From the NCBI GenBank assembly GCA_951406725.2, contig OX597820.1, positions 121,892,001 to 121,956,000 of the forward strand: 64,000 bases of DNA, written 5' to 3'. Numbering within the stretch: position 1 is the stretch's first letter; each line of letters begins with the position of its first letter. The position numbers were made by a program, and so were the translations under genes. The notes beneath the pieces were generated by a model. That model saw only the letters and a program-made list of their open reading frames with translations. It was not told where the DNA came from and searched no databases. Positions 53,155-64,000 of this stretch are shown here, piece by piece. The stretch is from Octopus vulgaris. Its lineage: Eukaryota.

Positions 53155-54009
53155 ACACACAAACATATATATTCTAATGCGTTTGCCGATGTGCGTACAC
53201 CTGTTTGTTCAAGTACTTGGCACACTGTTTAGACTGAAGTTGACCACGTACCATATATATATATATATACTCTTTATCTTATATTGAACTTTTAATATAT
53301 TTTGATAGTTATATAATTTTTAAATAAATAAATAAATAAATAAAATAAAATAATAATAATATATATATATATATATATTTAAAATTTATAAGTTTAAATT
53401 ATTTAAATAATTTTTAAAATTTTAACTTTAATTTAAATATTTTAATTTGGAATTTTATATTTTTTATATTTATATTTTATATTTTTTTAATTAATTTTAT
53501 TTCTATGTATTGGCTTAGGATTTTCACTGTTTGATTTGCCTAATAGTGGTTTTATCTCTAATTTAATATAATATATATTTATACTATAAAATTAGATTTA
53601 GTCCTAAATCTAATTTTTCCCTGTAAGTTTGGATTTACTCCCAAATATTATATATATATATATATATATATTCATATAAATACGTGTGTGTGTTTGTGTG
53701 TGTATGCATGTATGCATGCATGTATGTATGTATGTATGTATGTATGTATGTATGTATGTATGTGTGCATGCATGCATGTATGTATGTATGTATGTATGTA
53801 TGTATGTATGTATGTATGTATGTATGTATGTATGTGAAAGATATCTAGAGCTTAGGCGGCGTCTGAGCAACTTCTGAATATTTCCACTTCTGTAATAGCA
53901 ATAATAATTAACTGTGACGCATGCAAAAGATATATTCGTAATGTAATATGCATAACTGATATAACATTGTGTTTTCACAGTTGATGACTGTTTAATATTA
54001 TGATATAAA

Positions 54010-54095
54010 GTGGCGAGCTGGCAGAAACGTTAACACGCCGGGCGAAATGCTTAGCGCTGTTCCGTCTGTCTTTGCGTTCTGAGTGCAAATTCCGA
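54010..54095 (+). mobile_element. SINE family C 5' fragment
   Basis: GGCGAGCTGGCAGAAACGTTAACACGCCGGGCGAAATGC. Confidence 0.8.
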
Positions 54096-54172
54096 CAAAA
54101 TTTAGCACAGAAATGAGTTGATGTCCACCACAACTGCTTCACGCTCGTTTTTGTTTTTAAAAATCCATTACA

Positions 54173-54611
54173 GGATCTTTTCGGTTTGAACGGCAGTTTT
54201 TTAAAATAATTTCCACGTAACTAAACACTTTTAAACTTCGTATACTGGTAGAATGTGTTTTTATAAAACATCTTTTTTCTCTTGGCTTTATTAAGAAAAT
54301 TCTATAGTTTGTAAGATATTTGTTGTTTTTTTTTATTAAATTTCTGCAATTTCAACCAATCAATGACCGTCTATTGAGGTTAAAACATTCTGTGCCGTAT
54401 GAAAATTTCCCTCGTTTAAGAAACAGATTGGGTTTATTTACATTTGTGAAGAAAAAAAGATACCCTTCTCCCACCCCTAACCCTAACCCTAACTCTAACC
54501 CTAACCCTAAAATAGATTGAAATGCAATAGATCAATACTAGGGTTATAATTATGGGTGACAATTTCATATGACACCGCTAGAAAAAGCTGCCGTTCAAAC
54601 CGAAAAGATCC
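54173..54611. mobile_element. 439-bp non-autonomous DNA transposon (MITE) with ~29-bp TIRs, 8-bp TSD and internal (CCCTAA)6
   Basis: TIRs GGATCTTTTCGGTTTGAACGGCAG and CTGCCGTTCAAACCGAAAAGATCC; TSD CCATTACA at 54165-54172 and 54612-54619. Confidence 0.92.
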
Positions 54612-54732
54612 CCATTACATCATAGAAAATAACGTTTTCTTCAGGTCAATTGAAATTTGAATCCCTGATATTCACTGTGATTAGGGAGTCAGCTTATATT
54701 CATTATGAACCAAATCTTAAGCGTTGAATTTT

Positions 54733-54832
54733 NNNNNNNNNNNNNNNNNNNNNNNNNNNNNNNNNNNNNNNNNNNNNNNNNNNNNNNNNNNNNNNNNNNN
54801 NNNNNNNNNNNNNNNNNNNNNNNNNNNNNNNN
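54733..54832. other. Assembly gap (100 N)
   Basis: Run of N; a round 100 usually denotes a gap of unknown size. Confidence 0.99.
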
Positions 54833-57800
54833 CCTTGTTCGAGGTATAAGGACGCAGTTGTGCGTCGGTAGCCAGTTGGAAAAGATGCTTTACTGGGGCT
54901 AAAAAGGTAGCAACATTTTCCTAATCAGGTCTGTCAATTTACGTTGACAAATAGAAAGAGAAATAATCCAGGTACCATAGACTGCAGGTACCTTGTTCGA
55001 GGTATAAGGACGCAGTTGTGCGTCGGTAGCCAGTTGGAAAAGATGCTTTACTGGGGCTGCAACATTGTCCTAAAAAGGTAGCAACATTGTCCTAATCAGG
55101 TCTGTAGCCAATTTACGCTAAAAAAGGTGCAACAAATCAGGTCTGCAATTTACGTGCAAATAGAGAAATAATCCAGGTACCATAGACTGCAGGTACCTTG
55201 TTCGAGGTATAAGGACGCAGTTGTGCGTCGGTAGCCAGTTGGAAAAGATGCTTTACTGGGGCTAAAAAAGGTAGCAACATTGTCCTAATCAGGTCTGTCA
55301 ATTTACGTTGACAAATAGAAAGAGAAATAATCCAGGTACCATAGACTGCAGGTACCTTGTTCGAGGTATAAGGACGCAGTTGTGCGTCGGTAGCCAGTTG
55401 GAAAAGATGCTTTACTGGGGCTAAAAAAGGTAGCAACATTGTCCTAATCAGGTCTGTCAATTTACGTTGACAAATAGAAAGAGAAATAATCCAGGTACCA
55501 TAGACTGCAGGTACCTTGTTCGAGGTATAAGGACGCAGTTGTGCGTCGGTAGCCAGTTGGAAAAGATGCTTTACTGGGGCTAAAAAAGGTAGCAACATTG
55601 TCCTAATCAGGTCTGTCAATTTACGTTAGGTCTGTCAATTTACGCTGACAAATAGAAAGAGAAATAATCCAGGTACCATAGACTGCAGGTACCTTGTTCG
55701 AGGTATAAGGACGCAGTTGTGCGTCGGTAGCCAGTTGGAAAAGATGCTTTACTGGGGCTAAAAAAGGTAGCAACATTGTCCTAATCAGGTCTGTCAATTT
55801 ACGTTGGGACAAATAGAAAGAGAAATAATCCAGGTACCATAGACTGCAGGTACCTTGTTCGAGGTATAAGGACGCAGTTGTGCGTCGGTAGCCAGTTGGA
55901 AAAGATGCTTTACTGGGGCTAAAAAAGGTAGCAACATTGTCCTAATCAGGTCTGTCAATTTACGTTGACAAATAGAAAGAGAAATAATCCAGGTACCATA
56001 GACTGCAGGTACCTTGTTCGAGGTATAAGGACGCAGTTGTGCGTCGGTAGCCAGTTGGAAAAGATGCTTTACTGGGGCTAAAAAAGGTAGCAACATTGTC
56101 CTAATCAGGTCTGTCAATTTACGTTGACAAATAGAAAGAGAAATAATCCAGGTACCATAGACTGCAGGTACCTTGTTCGAGGTATAAGGACGCAGTTGTG
56201 CGTCGGTAGCCAGTTGGAAAAGATGCTTTACTGGGGCTAAAAAAGGTAGCAACATTGTCCTAATCAGGTCTGTCAATTTACGTTGACAAATAGAAAGAGA
56301 AATAATCCAGGTACCATAGACTGCAGGTACCTTGTTCGAGGTATAAGGACGCAGTTGTGCGTCGGTAGCCAGTTGGAAAAGATGCTTTACTGGGGCTAAA
56401 AAGGTAGCAACATTGTCCTAATCAGGTCTGTCAATTTACGTTGACAAATAGAAAGAGAAATAATCCAGGTACCATAGACTGCAGGTACCTTGTTCGAGGT
56501 ATAAGGACGCAGTTGTGCGTCGGTAGCCAGTTGGAAAAGATGCTTTACTGGGGCTAAAAAAGGTAGCAACATTGTCCTAATCAGGTCTGTCAATTTACGT
56601 TGACAAATAGAAAGAGAAATAATCCAGGTACCATAGACTGCAGGTACCTTGTTCGAGGTATAAGGACGCAGTTGTGCGTCGGTAGCCAGTTGGAAAAGAT
56701 GCTTTACTGGGGCTAAAAAAGGTAGCTACATTGTCCTAATCAGGTCTGTCAATTTACGTTGACAAATAGAAAGAGAAATAATCCAGGTACCATAGACTGC
56801 AGGTACCTTGTTCGAGGTATAAGGACGCAGTTGTGCGTCGGTAGCCAGTTGGAAAAGATGCTTTACTGGGGCTAAAAAAGGTAGCAACATTGTCCTAATC
56901 AGGACTGTCAATTTACGTTGACAAATAGAAAGAGAAATAATCCAGGTACCATAGACTGCAGGTACCTTGTTCGAGGTATAAGGACGCAGTTGTGCGTCGG
57001 TAGCCAGTTGGAAAAGATGCTTTACTGGGGCTAAAAAAGGTAGCAACATTGTCCTAATCAGGTCTGCCAATTTACGTTGACAAATAGAAAGAGAAATAAT
57101 CCAGGTACCATAGACTGCAGGTACCTTGTTCGAGGTATAAGGACGCAGTTGTGCGTCGGTAGCCAGTTGGAAAAGATGCTTTACTGGGGCTAAAAAAGGT
57201 AGCAACATTGTCCTAATCAGGTCTGTCAATTTACGTTGACAAATAGAAAGAGAAATAATCCAGGTACCATAGACTGCAGGTACCTTGTTCGAGGTATAAG
57301 GACGCAGTTGTGCGTCGGTAGCCAGTTGGAAAAGATGCTTTACTGGGGCTAAAAAAGGTAGCAACATTTTCCTAATCAGGTCTGTCAATTTACGCTGGCA
57401 AATAGAAAGAGAAATAATCCAGGTACCATAGACTGCAGGTACCTTGTTCGAGGTATAAGGACGCAGTTGTGCGTCGGTAGCCAGTTGGAAAAGATGCTTT
57501 ACTGGGGCTAAAAAAGGTAGCAACATTGTCCTAATCAGGTCTGTCAATTTACGTTGACAAATAGAAAGAGAAATAATCCAGGTACCATAGACTGCAGGTA
57601 CCTTGTTCGAGGTATAAGGACGTAGTTGTGCGTCGGTAGCCAGTTGGAAAAGATGCTTTACTGGGGCTAAAAAAGGTAGCAACATTGTCCTAATCAGGTC
57701 TGTCAATTTACGTTGACAAATAGAAAGAGAAATAATCCAGGTACCATAGACTGCAGGTACCTTGTTCGAGGTATAAGGACGCAGTTGTGCGTCGGTAGCC

Positions 57801-59156
57801 AGTTGGAAAAGATGCTTTACTGGGGCTAAAAAAAGGTAGCAACATTGTCCTAATCAGGTCTGTCAATTTACGTTGACAAATAGAAAGAGAAATAATCCAG
57901 GTACCATAGACTGCAGGTACCTTGTTCGAGGTATAAGGACGCAGTTGTGCGTCGGTAGCCAGTTGGAAAAGATGCTTTACTGGGGCTAAAAAAGGTAGCA
58001 ACATTGTCCTAATCAGGTCTGTCAATTTACGCTGGCAAATAGAAAGAGAAATAATCCAGGTACCATAGACTGCAGGTACCTTGTTCGAGGTATAAGGACG
58101 CAGTTGTGCATCGGTAGCCAGTTGGAAAAGATGCTTTACTGGGGCTAAAAAAGTTAGCAACATTGTCCTAATCAGGTCTGTCAATTTACGCTGGCAAATA
58201 GAAAGAGAAATAATCCAGGTACCATAGACTGCAGGTACCTTGTTCGAGGTATAAGGACGCAGTTGTGCATCGGTAGCCAGTTGGAAAAGATGCTTTACTG
58301 GGGCTAAAAAAGGTAGCAACATTTTCCTAATCAGGTCTGTCAATTTACGTTGACAAATAGAAAGAGAAATAATCCAGGTACCATAGACTGCAGGTACCTT
58401 GTTCGAGGTATAAGGACGCAGTTGTGCGTCGGTAGCCAGTTGGAAAAGATGCTTTACTGGGGCTAAAAAAGGTAGCAACATTGTCCTAATCAGGTCTGTC
58501 AATTTACGTTGACAAATAGAAAGAGAAATAATCCAGGTACCATAGACTGCAGGTACCTTGTTCGAGGTATAAGGACGCAGTTGTGCATCGGTAGCCAGTT
58601 GGAAAAGATGCTTTACTGGGGCTAAAAAAGGTAGCAACATTGTCCTAATCAGGTCTGTCAATTTACGTTGACAAATAGAAAGAGAAATAATCCAGGTACC
58701 ATAGACTGCAGGTACCTTGTTCGAGGTATAAGGACGCAGTTGTGCATCGGTAGCCAGTTGGAAAAGATGCTTTACTGGGGCTAAAAAAGGTAGCAACATT
58801 GTCCTAATCAGGTCTGTCAATTTACGTTGACAAATAGAAAGAGAAATAATCCAGGTACCATAGACTGCAGGTACCTTGTTCGAGGTATAAGGACGCAGTT
58901 GTGCGTCGGTAGCCAGTTGGAAAAGATGCTTTACTGGGGCTAAAAAAGGTAGCAACATTTTCCTAATCAGGTCTGCCAATTTACGTTGACAAATAGAAAG
59001 AGAAATAATCCAGGTACCATAGACTGCAGGTACCTTGTTCGAGGTATAAGGACGCAGTTGTGCGTCGGTAGCCAGTTGGAAAAGATGCTTTACTGGGGCT
59101 AAAAAAGGTAGCAACATTTTCCTAATCAGGACTGCCAATTTACGCTGGCAAATAGA
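54833..59156. repeat. Tandem satellite array, 159-bp unit, about 27 copies, highly homogeneous
   Basis: Unit start CCTTGTTCG at 55196, 55355, 55514 and onward (period 159). Few SNP/indel variants; cut off on the left by the gap. Confidence 0.98.
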
Positions 59157-59311
59157 TTTTTCTCTGTAGTACTGTTACTGTTTATTTCTCACTCAGAGAT
59201 TTAAAACTAATTGTTTTCCTCTTTATATATATATATATGTGTGTATGTGCGTGCGTGTGTGTGTGTGTGTACGTCTGTATTTGTCCACCACTACTGTTTG
59301 ACAACAGGTAT

Positions 59312-59540
59312 TGGTGAGCTGGCAGAAGCGTTAGCACGCCGGGCGAAATGCGTAACCGTAATTCGTCTGTCGTTACGTTGTGAGTTCAAATTCCGCCGAG
59401 GTCGACTTTGCCTTTCTTTCATCCTTTCGGGGTCGATAATTTAAGTACCAGTTACGCACTGAGGTCGATGTAATCGACTTAATACCTATGTCTGTCTTTG
59501 TCCCTTCTATGTTTAGCCCCTTGTGGGTAATAAAGAAATA
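59312..59540 (+). mobile_element. SINE family C, full length
   Basis: Collinear with 34505-34735. Confidence 0.9.
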
Positions 59541-60374
59541 TATATTGGTGGGTTTATGCCTTCGTAACTTTAGCAGCTCGTCATAAATGCTGGAGTCACC
59601 AAAAATTCTTCAAGGCGGTGCCCAGCATGGCCGCAGCCTAATAACTGAAACAAATAAAAGAGAAAAGATTTGCTGACCTCCACCAGACGGCGATGGTTCC
59701 ATCTTGTGTCTGAGACAAACGGTGGTCGTGTTTGCATTGAGCTGGAGCTTTTATGAGTGTATTTCAAAGTGGGTCGTATGGAGATCCGTAACATGGGAAG
59801 AATGTATTTTATATTCGACATAGGACAGCCATTCTTAGTGATGAGAATTAATGGGCGGCGAAATGGGGGAAAAAGATGAAAAAAGCAAGAACAAAAAAAG
59901 AAAACGGAGAAAGAGTTGAAGGAGCAAACGGGAGCTAAAATAGGGTACATTATTTTGTTTCGGGTATTTCTACAGATATACTATTGGGGTTACTTTGATA
60001 CGTTATAAGGTAGGATGAGAAGGAAGAAGAGAAGCCTTTGTGTGGTGAGAAAAGAAGGAACGGCGTAAAACATGAGGTGGATGGCAAACTCATGGAAAGC
60101 TCACCTTCCGTCCACCCCACTCCACACCCTTAGACGTCCAACATACATTAGAGAAAGCCACACACACACACCCATTACATTTACACTACCATATATTACA
60201 GATAATTCCCATCTCCACCCCAACCCTCTCCCTCTCTATCGCATATATATATATTTGTTTTTATGTTTTCGTTTCTCATTGTGTTCAACGTTATTTTGTG
60301 TCCTGTACCCATATATGCATGTATATATACATATAGATGTAGTTATGTACATATATGTATGTATATATGCATAT

Positions 60375-60379
<5 letters not shown>

Positions 60380-60430
<51 letters not shown>

Positions 60431-60442
60431 ACATATCTATAC

Positions 60443-60485
<43 letters not shown>

Positions 60486-60569
60486 CATATCTATACATAT
60501 ATATATTTATATATATACATATCTATACATATATATATATACATATATACATATATATATATATACATA

Positions 60570-60607
<38 letters not shown>

Positions 60608-60679
60608 CATATATATATACATACATATATATACATATATATATATATATACATACATACATACATACATATATATATA

Positions 60680-60759
<80 letters not shown>

Positions 60760-60920
60760 CACACATACATACATATATATATATAGAGAGAGAGATAGAG
60801 ACAAAGGTGACAAAAGGATATATATATATGTATGTATATATATATATGTATGTATGTATATATATATATATACATACATACATATATATATATATATAGA
60901 GATATATATATATATATCCT
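60380..60920. repeat. (TA)/(TACA) array
   Basis: Seen directly. Confidence 0.93.
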
Positions 60921-61039
60921 TTTGTCACCTTTGTCTCTCTCTCTCTCTTTCTGTCTCTCTCCTTCTCTTTCTCTGGATCTTTCTCCCAGACCCACCTTCT
61001 TCAACTTCTTTGCTCATAAATCACTAACACAGAAAATCT

Positions 61040-61360
61040 GAAAAACCGTTTTCCAAGCTCGACGGAAATCTTGGTGCGACGCTGTCAGAAAATACTGGAC
61101 ACCGGTCATTGGCTCAAGCCAACGCGACGGATCGAGCCAAGATCAAGACTGACTGGTTGCACAGCTGGCTGGCTGGTTAGTCATTAGTTCTCATTGACTT
61201 GACGTCTATGGAAGGAGGGCGGAGTGGGGAATTGGTGGCGGAGGAGAAGGATTTGGTCTTATTTCCTTTTATTCAATTTATTTGACAAGAAGATCTGATC
61301 TGGTTTTAGGACCCCCTACCGTCTCCTTTCTATTAATGTCCGTGTGCGCGCGCAATTTGC
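61040..61360. promoter_or_regulatory. CpG-rich unique island, candidate promoter or enhancer
   Basis: ATTGG (reverse CCAAT), TGACGTCT CRE-like, GGGCGGAG GC box and TGCGCGCGCA within non-repetitive sequence. Confidence 0.3.
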
Positions 61361-61392
61361 TTCTTTCACTCATTAGGCTGAGCCCATCGAGG

Positions 61393-61600
61393 GGCACCGC
61401 TTCGAAGAATTCTAGTCGAAGGAATCGACCTCAGTACTTTTCTTTATAAAAGCTTGGTAAATATTCTGTCGGTATCTTCTGCTGGAACGCTACGTTGCGG
61501 GGAAGTAAACACTCTAACACCGGGTATCAAGCGGTAGTAGGGGACAAACACAGACGCAAAAAAATTAACACACAAACACACACAGACGCACACACACACA
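61393..61600 (-). mobile_element. Degenerate SINE family A 3' half
   Basis: GCACCGC...GTAAACAC...GGGGACAAACACAGAC. Confidence 0.7.
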
Positions 61601-61632
61601 CAAACACACACACTTATGCATATGTGTATATC

Positions 61633-62010
61633 GGCGCAAGCGTGACTATTTGGTAAGATCTGGTTTCCCAACCACTTAGTTCCGGGTTCAGTCCCACTGC
61701 GAGGATCTTCTACTGTATCCTCGGGCCAACCAAAGCCCTGTGAGCGGTAGACGGAAACTGAAAGAAGCATCCATATATATATATATATATATATATATAT
61801 GGATGCATGTATGTATTTGTGTGTCTGTGTTTGTTCCCCCAACGGATGTTGGTGTGTTTACGTATTCGTAAGCTAGTGGTTCAGCAAAAGAGACCGATAG
61901 AATAAGTACTAAGCTTATAACAAATAAGTCCTGGGGTTAATTTCTTCGAGTAAACGCGGTGCTCCAGCATGGCCACAGTCAAATGAATGAAACAAGTAAA
62001 ATAATAAAAG
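61633..62010 (+). mobile_element. SINE family A, near full length
   Basis: GGCGCAAG...GGTTCAGTCCCACTGCG...GAAACAAGTAAAA. Confidence 0.88.
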
Positions 62011-62185
62011 AATTAATATATATTATATATATATTTATAGATAAGGAGATAAGGATAAGACAGATATTTAAATATCGATCTTATCAAGTGGCCAGTATGG
62101 AAATAAAAAACCTTACAAATGTAATAATTATTTAAAACTAAAATAATTAGGGTATCCGAGAGATACCACCACGCTGAAATAGCAG

Positions 62186-62251
<66 letters not shown>

Positions 62252-62529
62252 AAAGTAAATAAATGGCACAACGAAGTACCGATATTTACTAGAAAATAGC
62301 GAACGTAATAAATACGACGCTAATGTATAGCTTCACTACGTATGTACTAGTAAAGATGCGTGTGTGCAACAAACATGAAAAAAATTGTCTTACCTCTAGG
62401 AAGAACACCTGAAAAATGAAATACCTAGAAATGGATAATGTGGCACCGGTTTCAAATTCTTTTATGTATAATTTTACCCTCACGGGCTATCCTTTACTGG
62501 AAAGCAATACTCTCATATTGCATTACTAT

Positions 62530-62564
<35 letters not shown>

Positions 62565-62653
62565 AATACAAGAAATAATATTTCTCTTTTCTAATAGAAA
62601 CAAAATAGTTTATAGGAGTGCAAAAGAAGTGCTCAAATATAAAGGAGACAAAG

Positions 62654-63739
62654 ATAAAGAAGCATTGGATAAAAGAGCAAACATTAAATTTGGGTCAACG
62701 ACTTTACACACCATCCCTCAGACATTTAATCATATATAAAAATCCCCATGAGTCACAAACACATAAAAATAATAATTGTAAGTTCTGTGTAAAGGAATCC
62801 CTTGCCCTCCTTAAGTCATTTGGGCCAAAAACTTTGAATAGATTTACTGAGGTGATCCCTTTTTGCAACCATGGGTTTTCGTCCACCTTTTTGAAAGAGT
62901 ATAGAAATAAAAGTAGAGGTAATAAAATTGTTTAGCGTAACTGGGATTTGAAACCGGCGACGTTGAATTTCTGTTAACTACAGCCACCTAAATGTTTAGC
63001 TATAGACATTTTTTTTAATTAGAAAATTTAGACGAGTCCATTTATGGGTTTTTCTTTTAAATTATATAAGATTTTCATTAAAAGGTATAAGCTTTTTTTA
63101 AAAAAAATTTGATCTGTTCGTGTCTCCTGTTTATCCTGTTGGGGCGGGGGACATCGCCGTTATGCACTTTAGTGTAAATAAACTGCGGCGGGTGAGCTCC
63201 CGAAATGTCCAGAGATATATGTGAATGTTGAATTTGACCTGTGAAGTCTGCTCTTTATGAACTTTTGGACGTACTTGTGTGGAGGGAGTAAATGACTTTT
63301 TCAAGAGGTAGGTGAATTTGAACTGTGGAAGTCTGTTTACTTAGGAACTTTGGACGTCTTTGTTCAGGTAAGTAAAAGACAATTTTCAAATATTATTTTT
63401 TTAAAAATCTTTTAGTAATTTTTAAAATATATTTTAATCATCTGATAAAACTGTTTTAGTCGGTGGATATTTGTTTTTATTTTTATCTTTATTTGTCTCT
63501 TAGGTTTTTTGGTACTTTTTGAATTTTTAGCCGTTTATATGTAAAATTTTTGATTGGCCGTTCTATTTGTATTTTATTCTATTATATACTTTTATCTTTT
63601 TTGTGATCTTATATGTATTATTTTTATGTGTTTGTGACCCATGGTATTTTTATATATGATTAAGTGTCTGAGGGGTGGGGTTGTGTGTAAAGTCGTTGAC
63701 CCAAATTTAATGTTTGTTCTATAACCAATGCTTCTTTAT
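62654..63739. mobile_element. ~120-bp inverted repeat pair enclosing ~850 bp, probably a Penelope-like inverted pLTR remnant
   Basis: 62654-62774 is approximately the reverse complement of 63616-63739. The arm encodes KEALVIEQTLNLG, similar to the PLE GIY-YIG C-terminal KEAL.I...LN motif. Confidence 0.55.
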
Positions 63740-63756
63740 ATATATGCATATTTACA

Positions 63757-63862
63757 TGACGGGCTTCTTTCAGTTTCCATGTACCAAATCCACTCAGAAT
63801 GCAATGGTCGGCCCTTGCACAAGGTGCCATGCCGTGAGATGAACCTGTAATCATGTGGTTGC
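63757..63862 (-). mobile_element. SINE family A 5' fragment
   Basis: GACGGGCTTCTTTCAGTTTCC...ACCAAATCCACTCA...CAAGGTGCCA. Confidence 0.8.
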
Positions 63863-64000
63863 ATAAATGCGTACATACATTTATACATGCATGCATGCAT
63901 ACAGACATGTATGCATACATACATACATGTATGCATACATAGATACATACATACATACATGTATGCATATATACATGTATGCATACATACATACATGTAT

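Noticed and set aside
54475-54510. True telomere or chromosome end
   Set aside because: Only six hexamers, lying inside a TIR element with a TSD.
55057-55170. Rearranged satellite unit as a biological variant
   Set aside because: Scrambled fragments close to the gap look like consensus or assembly noise.
54833-59156. CRISPR array, or bacterial -35 (TTGACA) promoter repeats
   Set aside because: Units are identical end to end with no unique spacers, there are no cas genes, and the context is eukaryotic.

Overview
Eukaryotic (animal) genomic DNA that is AT-rich and extremely rich in microsatellites. The repeat repertoire resembles a cephalopod (Octopus-like) genome; this is an inference from pattern recognition, not a database match. 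I find no intact host protein-coding gene, and almost all supplied ORFs are translations of simple repeats. The window reads like a large intron or gene desert filled with decayed elements: R4/Dong-clade LINE fragments sitting in (TAA)n tracts, L1/Tx1-like LINE fragments, a CR1-like 3' end, Penelope-like (GIY-YIG) fragments, several tRNA-derived SINE families, a mariner foldback element and two MITE-like elements. A ~4.3-kb, 159-bp-unit satellite array abuts a 100-N gap. The most notable observations are: (1) short non-autonomous repeats carrying minimal hammerhead-ribozyme motifs with variant cores; (2) a ~550-bp non-coding retroposon found only in (TAA)n tracts; (3) the hairpin-rich 159-bp satellite; (4) an internally deleted Tx1-like LINE whose 3' end resembles a SINE tail; (5) one plausible 83-nt host exon. 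Coordinates of degenerate elements are approximate, and all alignments and translations outside the ORF track were done by eye.
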